Shown piece after piece: positions 39,601 through 51,600 of a DNA stretch of 64,000 bases. The notes beneath the pieces are model-generated. The model was not told the origin of the DNA. It ran no database searches and saw only the letters and a list, made by a program, of their open reading frames with translations. Location: NCBI GenBank assembly GCA_024137785.1, contig JAHRHZ010000002.1, positions 4,803,258 to 4,867,257 of the forward strand, written 5' to 3'. Each line of letters opens with the position of its first letter. Position 1 is the stretch's first letter. The DNA is from Ginglymostoma cirratum (Eukaryota). The translations under genes and the position numbers were made by a program.

Positions 39601-42600
39601 TGCTGCCTGGCAACGTAAGATTAATTGTTGGTGGGGGAGGGTAGAGGAGTTTGGAGTTGAGACTGGTCATGGGCAAGTAGCAGTGAGCACATCTGAGAGT
39701 TAAGTTGGGACTTAAGTACTAAATCTAAGCTGTCTTTCACTGAAGCAATCCGTGAGCACTGGACTGTCTCTGTTGGTATGAATTGCCTTATTGTTTGCTC
39801 TTTGGTCACTCCCTATTTCTGGAATGTAATCTGTTACCTTTTTTTATAAAGATAGAGCGAAAATATTTGTACAAGGTCTCTCATTCTTACATCACTCATT
39901 GTAATTGTTCTTACTTCTAAGTGATCAATGTTTACTTTAGCTGATTTCTTCCATGTTATATACTTGTAAAACATCTGCTTTTATAACACGGTTCATTTAC
40001 TTTCCTGTTCTATCTTTTTCCCCATTTTATCCCTAGCTTCCTTAGCAGGCCACAACTGGATTTTTCTTGCTCAGTTCTTTTTCTCAATCAGATGTATTTC
40101 TATTGAACATTTTAATTTGTAGTTTTAAATGTTTCCCTCCATTGATTAAACATCATACCTTGTAATTTTATTTACACATTTCATTTTAGTCAACTTTCCC
40201 TTCATACTGATTTAACTGGATTTAATTAAGATTCTCATTTGAGACTGGAATATGTATTTTTCCAAAATGAATATGGAATTCAATTGTATTATGAATACCT
40301 TTTATCATGGAGTCAATTAATACATGATTACTAATTAAATTGTGCTTCATTGCATAATTCAAGCTACGAAGTACTTTGGATCTGACCCCTTCTGATGATT
40401 CTGTAATTTTCTGTTTCAGAAATCTATTGTAATACTAATAATACTGAAATTATTGCAGTTAAGGTTAGAAGGGAAATCGGTTGATGGCTGTTAATGACTG
40501 ATTTTCTGGATTTTTACGGGGAGAAGAGCTGGGACTGAGGGACAAAGTTGTTATACTGATATAAGGGCTTGGATGGAGACCAATTTATTAGCTGTGTCCG
40601 GGAAGGCTTTGTGAGATAGTATGCTGACAATCAAACCAGAGAGGAGGCCATACTAGACTTGGTATTGGGGAATGAGCTAGGACAGGCGATTGATATTTTG
40701 GTAGGAGAGCATTTTGGGCTTAGTGACCATAACTCCTTAAGATTTTGAGTAGTCATGGACAGGAACAAGAGAGGCCCTTGGGTGAGGGTACTTAATTGGG
40801 CAAGAGCTAATTACATCCAAATTAGACAGGAACTGTGAAAGATGGATCTGGAGCAGTTATTTGAGGGCAAATCTATGTCTGACATGTGGGACGCTTTTAA
40901 AGACCAGTTGATTAAGTGCAGGACATGTGTGTCCCTGCAAAACTGAAGGATAGGAATGGCAGGATTCAGGAACCATGGGTGACAAGGGAAATTGTAAGTT
41001 TAGTCAAAAGGGAAAAGGGAGCATATGATAGGTCTAGGCAGCTACAAACTGATGAAGCCCTTGAGGAGTATAGAGAAATTAGGAAGGAACCTAAATGCAG
41101 AATTAGGAAGCTAAAAGGGGCCATGAAATGGCTTTAGCAAACAGGGTAAAGGAGAATCCCAACGCTTTTTATTTATTTAGGAGAACAAAGATGGTAGCAA
41201 GGGAAAGAGTAGGCACACTCAAGGACAAAGGAGAGAATTTATGGGTGGAGACACAGGAAGTGGGAGAGATACTTAATGAGTACTTTGTATCAGTATTCAG
41301 CAAAGAGAAGGACAAGGCTGATGTTGAGGCCAAGGATGAGTGTGTGAATACTCTGGAAAATGTCAGTATATTGAAGGAGGATTTTTTGGGTATCCTAAAA
41401 TGCACCAAGTCCCCACGGACAGATGGAATATATTCTAGGTCACTGCGAGAGGGAAGGAAAGAAATATCTGGGGTACTAGCAGATATCTTCACATCCTCTT
41501 TGACCAGAAGCCAGATTCCAGAGGTCTGGAGATTAGCCAATATTGCTCCCTTGTTTAAAAAAGGAAGCAGGGATAATCTAGCAAATTATAGGCCAGTGAG
41601 CCTGATATCTGTGATGGGGAAGCTCTTGGAGAAGATACTGAGGGACAAGATGTATGCACATTTGGAAGAAAATGGACAAGTTACTGATAGGCAGCATGAT
41701 TGAATTTTTCGAAGCGGTAACAAAGATAATTGATGAGAGTAGGGCTGTGGATGCAGTTTACACGGACCTTAGTAAAGTATTTGATAAAGTCCCACACGGC
41801 AGATTGGTACAAAAACTAAAATCACATGGGATTCAGGGTGGACTGGCTACATAGGTACAAAAATGGCTCGGTCATAGAAGACAGAGGGTGGAAGGATATT
41901 TTTCAGAATGGAAATCAGTAACTAGTGGTGTTTCTCACAGATCAGTCTGAGGTCCTCTGTTTGTAGTGTATATAAGTGATCTGGAGGAAAATGTGGGTGG
42001 TCTGACTAGTAAGTTTGCAGATGACATGAAGATTTGTGGAGTTGCGGATGGTGCTGATGATTGTGAAAGGTTACAACCGGATATAGATAGATTGGTAACT
42101 TAGGCACAGAAATGGCAGATGGAGTTTAATCCAGACAAATGCAAGGTGATGCATTTTGGAGGATCAAATTTAGGTGTGAATCATACTGTTACTGGCAGAA
42201 CCCTTAGGAACACTAACATATAGATGGATCTAGCAACACAGGCGGCCAAGGTGATTAAGAAGGCATATGGCATGCTTGCCTACATTGCCCGTGGCTTGGA
42301 GTACAAGAGTTGACAAACCATGTTGTAGCTATATAAAGCCTTTGTTAGGCTACATTTGGAGCATTGTGTGCAGTTTTGGTCACCATACTACCAGAAGGAT
42401 GTGGAAACTTTAGAGAGAGTGCAGAGAAGGTCCACCAGGATGTTGCCTGGTCTCCAGGGAAATGGCTATGAGGAAAGGTTAAAAAGACTAGCATTGTTTT
42501 CACTGGAAAGACAGTAGCTGAGAGGAGACTTGATAGAGGTCCACAAAATTGTGAGAGCATAGATAGGGTAGAGGCTTTCCCAGGGTTGAAATTTCAATTA

Positions 42601-45600
42601 AAGGGGGCACAGGTTAAATGTAACAGGGGGAAAGTTTAAGTGAGATGTGCGAGGAAAGTTTTTCACGTAGAGAGTGATTAGGAGACTGCCAGAAGAGGTG
42701 TTGGAAGCAGGCACATTGGCAACATTTAAGAGGCATCTGGATGGTTACGTGAATAGGGAGGGGATAGAGGGATACTGACTGAGCGTGGGCAAAAGGTGTG
42801 CTTTTTAGTTTAGTTCGGGCATGATGATCGGCACAGGCTTGGAGGGCCAAAGAGCCTGTTCCTGTGCTGTACTTCTCTTTTGTTCTTTGTTCCAACAGAC
42901 TCTCTGCACAAAGAAAAGTTAAAAAGATATACACTTCGTAGCTTCTATTTAACCAATTAGGTTTAAGTCCAGTTTGAAAGAAAAATCTCACAAACACTAT
43001 TGCATTGTCCTTGATACGTACTTCAACTGTTTTTCATTTAATGTTCTATGTCTTGGTACAATCTCAATCCTGCTCCTCAAATTATCTTTTGAGCCTAACA
43101 TTTAATCCGCTTGATCCTATTGACACACAGCTGAGGTAACAATTCAGGTAAGTGCTTTGAGTTTTTACATTTTAGCAAACCCTAATTCCTCAAACTCAGT
43201 CAGTGAAAATTCATTCTGAGCTCTATCCCTATCATTGGCTCCTGCATGGACTACAACAACTGAATCCCCTTCCTGCCGTTGTCCTCCAGTCCAAATTCAT
43301 CTCTAGACATGAAGAGACATCTTTAACAAGGCACCTTCCATTCACAGCTGCAGAGGATAGTCACATCCCCCCCTAACCATACAGTGTCCCATCACTACCA
43401 TGTTCCTTTCTACACTCCCTATCTTCCACCACCACCACCACCACCAGCGCTTTCCCCCCCACCCACCAGCACTACCCCCCACCACCATTCCCCCAACCCA
43501 CCAACACCACACCACCACCCCCAGCCCACCACTGCCTAACTATTAGGTCCCCACTGGGTCTTCGAGATACCAGTTTGTGTTTTGCATGAAAGATTGAGGC
43601 CATTATAATATTTAAGATGCGTTTGTATGGTGTTAGGGAATCCTGTTGTCTCCCATTAATGTGCTTTGTGAGAAACATCACTTTGACAACCACTTCACCA
43701 AAACTCTAATCAAGTCACTTTCTCAGAAAATTTAAGTGATGTGTAGAATTAACTGCTGGTCTGTTGCCTTTACACAAACAGCCAAGTGGCATTAACTGAT
43801 TCCATAATCCTCCAGCCAAACCATTGGAAAAATTGCAAAACATATCAATATATAACTTGCTCGGTGATGTACTTCATTTTATTTTTCTAAGTTTCTCTTC
43901 CTTTTATTCCTTTTTTGAATCTGTTTCCTTGGCACAGTCTCAGTCTCTCCTGCCTGTTGCTATCCATATCTCATTCATTCTATCCTTTTAGTCACACACT
44001 ATTTCCCTGTTTCTCTTTCTCTCTCTCTCACACATGACTATCTAATACGGTTCCTTACCCCACTGATAGAGCTTGGCCTCTGTCATGCTGCTGTGTTCAA
44101 TTCGACAGGAATATTGATCCTCATCCCCAAGATTGATCTCAATCTCTTTCTGGATCTGATGGGTCCCATCGTGATTCGGTCGAATCCCCGAGGATTGTGT
44201 CTCAGACATCGCCTTTCCATTCCTTAGCCAGGTCATGTTGATGTCTACAGGATAAAATCCAGTGACCAGGCAGAAGAGAGTCAGCAGTTTGTCCTGACGA
44301 TTGGGCTCATTTCTGGAGATGAACACTTCAGGCTGAACTGTGATGGGAAAGGGTGAAAACACAAACAATAGACAGACACTGAATGGAATGGGAGAGCGGT
44401 TACATAGATCAGTGAGGTTAGATCAGAACTGAAATATATACCTTTCCTTTTGAGATATTCCTTTCCAAAGTGTAAGCGTAGTTTCAAACGCTCAACAAGT
44501 TCTATTTCCAACTGCCATTTCCAATATTTGTTCCAGGATTCATCTGAATTCCATTTTTCCGCAGTCTTCACTGCAAAGTGATTTGATGCGACCCATCTCA
44601 TTCTGTCTGGCTCTAAACTAATAAGATCATTTCCATCAAATCCAAATCGCATTGATGTCTTAATGGAGCCATCATCATTTATTTCAACACTCCTTATCCA
44701 TTGGAAAATGTGAATTCCTGACAATAATGAGCAGGAAACAAGGAGCTATTATTGGTTGCAATGTTTCTTTATTAAATGATAAATTTCTCTGCGGGTTCTA
44801 TATTGATATACCAGATTATAGTAAACCTAAAATAGCTCAGTATTACAATGGATTCCTTTATTGGTTCATTCACAGCAGGATTTATTACTGTAAAACTGAT
44901 TCTATACACAGTACTGAAGGAATATTTGTGTGAAAATATCTACTGCCTGTGAATATCTCTATTTGTGAAACCCAGGCTGCCCTACAGGACTTGCACAGTG
45001 TATACTAGTTTTGATGGTGCACAGGAGATAAATCCTGTTCCCCTCAAGGGACATGAAGCCATCCAGGCAACACCTACACTGTCAAGTGAAAATGGGTCGG
45101 TAAGAAAATCAATGTGAGGAACTCAGCTCCTGGGGCCTGTAGCTAATGATGAAGAAAGTTCAATGAGCTCATGAGGTAGGTTCACAGCACCAGCCTCACT
45201 GCTACAATATTCCTGCGTTCTTCTCCCTGCTCAGTCATACAATCATTGCCCCACACTTCACTATGTCTGTTCACGTTTCAAATGAAATGCCAAACCCGTT
45301 CTCCCTTCTCATATAGATAAAGTCATAGAGATGTACAGCACAGAAACAGACCCTTTGGTCCAACTCATCCATGCCGAACAGATATCTTAAATCAGACCAG
45401 TCCCATTTGCCATATTTTGGCCCATATCCCTCTAAATCCTTCCTATTCATATACCCACATAAGATTTACTGTAAACACAAAATCAGAGCCCAACTTCACT
45501 TCAAAGCAAAGAAGAGATTTGCTGAAGCAGTCTCATATCATATGACATCATCTCCAAGGTGAAGTCACCCATAGTCTAACTAGACTATAGGCTGCTCTCT

Positions 45601-48600
45601 CATTCTAGAAAGTAAAAACTGGTGGTGGTGGTTTAACCCAGGGGTATTGGCTAGCTCTGCTGGCTGGATGCCTGGTTTGGAATGTAGAGTAACATCAACA
45701 GCATAGGTTCAATTCCCACACTAGCTGAGGCTACCATAAAGGATTCTCCTTCTCAATCTGTCCCCTTGCCTGTGGCATGGTGAGCCTCATGTTAAATCGT
45801 CAGCAGCATTCTCTCTCTAATGACAGGTATCAAAGATTCCAAGGCATTATTCTGAAGAAACATTGAGGAGTTATCCTCAGTCAACATCATAAGAAGTGTG
45901 GTATTGTCACATGTTGTTGTGGGAACTTGCTGTGTTCAAGCTGGTTACTCTATTCCCTACACTGCAGTAGTGACCACTTTGTGACTCTAAAGATAAGCTG
46001 TTCTGAGTTTGAGAAAGACCTTATGTAAATCTATACTTGCCCTCTTTTCCCTCATGCTGTCACAGGTACATTCCTCACTTCTCAACAACTCATATATCTC
46101 CTACACTGCAAACAAATTCATTCCTCTGTGACAGGCACCTCAGTGAACATTATCACTAATTTAATCCAATCACGAAGGTTTTAGAGTAGATTTGTAGCTT
46201 GGTGGATGTTGTGGTTGGATGGCTCGCTGAGCTGGTTCATTGTTCCGCAGACGTTTCGTTACCCTGCTGGGTAACATCATCAGTGCAGCCTCTGAAGAAA
46301 CGCTGTTGTGTTTTCCCGCCTGTTATTTAAACTCTGGTGTCCATTGAGCTGGATTACCTCACTTCCGGCTTTCCTTCACAATGGAGTGTATACAGGCTCT
46401 AGCTGTATGTGTTTATTGATGACTTTCTTAGCAGAGTACCAGAATTCTAGGAATTCCTGTGCTTGTCTCTGCTTTGCCTGTCCCAGGGTCTTGGTGTTGT
46501 CCCAATCGAATTGGTGGTTTTCCTTATCCATGTGGATGGAGATGAGCGAGTATTGGTTGTGTCTTTTGATGTTTGTGTACCCTTGTGGTTAACTTCCTTC
46601 CTGTTTGTCACAGACTTTGCAGGGAATCTTGTATATGACATTGGTCCTGTCCATAGTGGGTAGTGGGTCTTTGGTCTGGGTGTGCAGTTGGCGAAGGGTT
46701 GATGTGGGTTTGTGTGCTACTCTAATGCCCAGTGGTCATAGGAGTCTTGTGGTCAGTTCAGATGTGTTCCTGATGTAAGGTAGCGTGATGAGTGTGTCGA
46801 GGCATGTAGTATCTTCCTGGTGTTGTTTGTGTGACAGGCATCTTCTGACTCAGCTTTTCAGGTTTCCATTGTCTTTGAATACTTGGAAGAGGTACTTTTT
46901 TTTTTGGTGTAGTTCTGTGCTGCTACAGTGTATTGTTGCACGTTTAAATAGTGTTCTCACACAACTTTGTTTGTGTGTGTTAGGGTGGTTGCTGTTGAAA
47001 TTCCAAGGGTGAAGAGAAGAGGAGAAGAACAAACAGCTCCTGGATGTCATGGGGCAACGCAGGAACAATGGGGAATTCTTAACAAAGAAATCTAAACAAA
47101 GGTACACAGGAAAGCCACGCACACTGACCAAGTACTGAATTTCAACAGCAACCACCCGAACACACACAAAGTTGTGTGAGAACATTATTTAAACGGGCAA
47201 TGATACACTGCAGCAGCACGGAACTACGCCAAAAAGAAGAACAGTACCTCGTCCAACTATTCAAAGACAATGGAAACCTGAAAAACTGGGTCAGAAGATG
47301 CCTGTCACATGAATGACACCAGGAAGATACTATATGCCCCAACACACTCATCATGCTACCTTACATCAGGAACACATCTGAACTGACTACAAGACTTCTA
47401 CAACCACTGGGCGTCAGAGTAGCACACAAACCCACATCAACCCTATGACCAAAGACCCACTACCCACTATGGATAGGACTAATGTCATATACAAGATTCC
47501 CTGCAAAGTCTGTAACAAACACTACATTGGACAAACAGGAAGGAAGTTAAGCACAAGGGTACACGAAAATCAACTGGCAACAAAAAGACACGACCAATAC
47601 TCACTTATCTCCATCCACATGGATAAGGAAAACCACCAATTCAATCGGGACAACACCAGGATCTTGGGACAGGCAAAGCAGAGACAAGCACAGGAATTCC
47701 TAAAAGCTTGGTAGTCCATTAAGAAAGCCATCAATAAACACATACAGCTAGACCCCATACACACTCCATTGCAAAGGAAAACCGGAAGTGAGGTAATCCA
47801 GCTCAACAGACACCAGAGTTTAAATGACAGGTGGGAAAACACAACAGCGCTTCACTGGAGGCTGCACTGGTGATGTTACCCAGCAGAGTAATGAAACGTC
47901 TGCGGAAAAACGAACCAGCTCGGCGAGCCAACCAACCACAACGTAATCCAATCACTCTTATTGGACAGGGTTGCAATAACTTGGGATGCTGTGTGACTTG
48001 GAAGTGAAGCTGAAGGTGATGGTGTTAACAAACATCAACTTGTCTTTCTGGATAATGGAGTTCGCTAGTTTGAGAGCTCTGTAAAAGAAGTCTGAGTGAA
48101 TTGCTGCAGGGCATCTTGCAGATAGTACACATTGTAGCCATTGTGTAGTATGAAGGTGCAGTAAATAGGGAATTATACAGTATGGTGGTGGGATGAATTT
48201 TGAAAGTTGTGGATTTGATATTAATTAAGTGGGCTGCTTTGTCCTGGATAGTGATAAAATCAGGAATATGAATGTTGGCAGTGAAACTATCAATTGTAAT
48301 ATCAAATCAATCCATCTGCTTCAGTATATGTCCTTAAGAACAGGAAGTCTCTCAACATGTGACTCCGGATGCTGGTTGACTCATGACTGGTCTCTGAAAA
48401 GGCTGAGCAAGTCACCCAGTTCATGTCAAATTAGGAATAGGCAACAAATATTGGCCTTGTCAGTTACACAAACATCCCATCAAAGAAGGAATTAGCCTGT
48501 CTACCTGGTTGAATGCTGTGCTGCTATGGGCAGGACTGGCCATACATTGAACGTATATCTCAGGGTCACAGACTGTAGTGTAATGATATATGGATGCCCA

Positions 48601-51600
48601 TCTGGCACTCACTAAAAAAGCAGTCCGGAGAGATAACAATAAACCAGCTAGCATCCACAGATACGGGAAGAATTTCAGGTTGATGACCTTCGTCAGACGG
48701 GGAAAATTTTTCAATATGTAGCAGGTTTTGAGCAAGTGAAAGAGGGAGTTTAGAAATAGAATAAGGGAGAAGATCAATGACAGATTGGAATGGTGAGGGG
48801 TTAAATGACAAAGGAGTTGGTGTTGCTGAGCCAAAGGGAGTGACAGTGTGTAAAGTAGAGAAACAGAAGTTGAGTGTTCAGAAGAATTACACAGGATTTC
48901 TGGCACTGAAAGAGGTTAAACCAGTCCCTGCAAGTGCTTATGCTCAACCTGAGCTCCTCCCATCCTATTTGCTGTAAATCTATGTTTGTAATCTTCTATT
49001 GCCTTTTCCCTCAAATACTGAACTAATTTCTCCTTAAACGCATCAATACCATTTGCTTTAATGACTGTGCGGTGGCTCTTTGGGTAAAAGAAATTTAAAT
49101 TCCTTGTTGGATTTCTCTGGCTATTGTATATTAGGGCTTTGAATGATTTTCCCTAAATGTGGAAATGATCTCTCTGCATCCACGCAATCAAAATCTTTAA
49201 AAGTTATTAAAACTGCCAATTGACACACCTTAGGCAGAATGGACTCCGCCTTCAATTCCTTTCTCATATGTATACCCATAAATACATTGTTATAAATCCT
49301 CTCTGTGCCATCTCCAGTGCCTAATGCTTTATTCTTATCATAACGTGAGAACCAAAACTGCAGGCAGTATGTAGTCTAAGTAACTGTTCAATACAAATTT
49401 AACATAATTTCCTAATTTTCAATGCTATTCCTTTAGATATAAAGCCAAGTGCTTGGTTCACGGTTTTTAATGACTTTGCTAAGCTGTGACGTAGGTTTTG
49501 GTGATTGATGTATTTATGTGACAAGATCTACTTTTCTTCTCCCCCACCTAGATCTGCAGTTTGTAACTAATAAATAATCTCCCAATTTCCAAGAAACACA
49601 GCCTACTCCTACAATTTGGTGTCAGCTGCTAGAATACACCTCCTCCCATCCACCTTCCTGCAAAAATGCCATCCCCTATTCCCAATTCTTTCACCTCCGC
49701 CGCATCTGCTCCCAGGATGAGGCATTCCACTCCCGTACATCTCAGATGTCCTCATTTTTCAAGGACCGCAACTTCCCCCCAACAGTGGTCGAGAACGCCC
49801 TCAACCGTGTCTCCCGCATTTCCCACAACTCATCCCTCACACCCCATCCCCACAATAACAACCATAACAGAATCCCCCTCGTCCTCACATACCACCCCAC
49901 TAACCTCCGGATCCAACGCATCATCCTCCTACACTTCCGCCATCTGCAATCCAACCCCACCACCAAAGACATTTTTCTCTCCCCACCTATCTGCTTTCCG
50001 GAGGGACCACTCTCTCCGTGACTCCCGTGTCCGCTCCACACACCCCTCCAGCTCCACCTCACCGGGCACTTTTCCCTGCAACCGCAGGAAGTGCTACGCC
50101 TGCCCCTACGCCTCCGCCCTCACCACCATCCCAGGCCCCAAGAAGACTTTCCACATCAAGCAGATGTTCACCTGCACATCTGCCAATGTGGTATACTGCA
50201 TCCGTTGTTCCTGTTGTGGCCTCCTCTACATCGGGGAAACCAAGCAGAGGCTTGGGAACCGCTTTGCAGAACACCTACGCTGGGTTTGCACTAAACAACT
50301 GCACCTTCCAGTCACGAACCATTTCAACTCCCCCTCCCATTCCTCAGACGACATGTCCATCCTGGGCCTCCTGCAATGCCACAACGATGCTACCCGAAGG
50401 TTGCAGGAACAGCAACTCTTATTCTGCTTGGGAACCCTGCAGCCCAATGATATCAATGTGGACTTCACAAGTTCAAAATCTCCCCTCCCCCTACCGCATC
50501 TCAAAACCAGCCCAGCTCATCCCTGCCTCCCTAACCTGTCCTTCCTCCCACCTGTCCCCCCTCCCACCTCAAGCCCCACCCCCATCTCCTGCCTACTAAC
50601 CTCACCCCGCCCCTTGACCTGTCCATCCTATCTCCTCCCTACCTCCCCATCTACATTCACTTTACTGGCTCCATCCCCGCCTCTTTGACTGGTCTGTCTC
50701 CTCTCCACCTATCTTCTCCTCTATCCATCTTCTTTCCGCCTCTCCCTCTCTCCTTATTTATTTCAGAACCCCCTTCCCCTCCCCCATTTCTGATGAAGGG
50801 TCTAGGCCCAAAACGTCAGCCTCCCTGCTCCTCTGATACTGCTTGGCCTGCTGTGTTCATCCAGCTCTACACCTTGTTATCTCTTGAAATCTGTTTTGCC
50901 ACCTGGACCGTGACTCCATATTCACTGGCCTTGTTCATTTGTCTATTGTGGGCCAGCTTAGCAAAGGCCTTTTGAAAATCCAGATAAATTACTTATATCA
51001 ATTTACCACTATCTACTCTCTCTGTAACCTCCGCAAAGTTATCAATAGGTTGGGTCAAGTATGGTTTTCTTTTGTGAAATCCATACTGACTGCTGCACAA
51101 GCTAGCTACCAGTTTCTTGGTTAGCTGCTTCCAACCTCTTTCAGGGTGGGGATTTACAGGGCTTGCTTAGTTTAGCGTAGAAGAGGAAGACACCTGGTAA
51201 TTGAAGTGTGAGGAGACCACATTGTGAGCAGTGAATAGAATACACTAAATTGAAATAACTGCACATAAATTTTCTATCACAAATCACTGTATCACATGGA
51301 AATGGAGGCTTGGATGAAAAGGACACAAAGAAAAGGGCAAATGGAAGTGTGTGCATCGTTGTTCTTACCGGATGTCTGGTTTGTACTCTTCATCATCATC
51401 TTCAGGTTCTCTTTTGCAATGGCACAATGTTTATTCCCTCGATTTGTGAGATATTCCCAGTATTCCTCATCAAAGGCATCTGTCATCCACTGCTGTCGGG
51501 AGACTATCCGAGGGGCACTGCTGTCATAATAGGCCACCGGAACGCCGTTGATCATTCCCACTCCAACATACTCAGGTAAATCAGTGGTGCCAGAGGTGGC

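Noticed and set aside
32039-44058. Additional class I exons in the 12-kb alpha3-TM intron
   Set aside because: None recognised; the interval is largely CR1, Penelope and LTR-like sequence, and alpha3 splices in frame to the TM exon.
49666-50688. 340-aa ORF (and 33643-34605) as a host gene or active element
   Set aside because: Frameshifted, 5'-truncated Penelope GIY-YIG sequence running into the pLTR.
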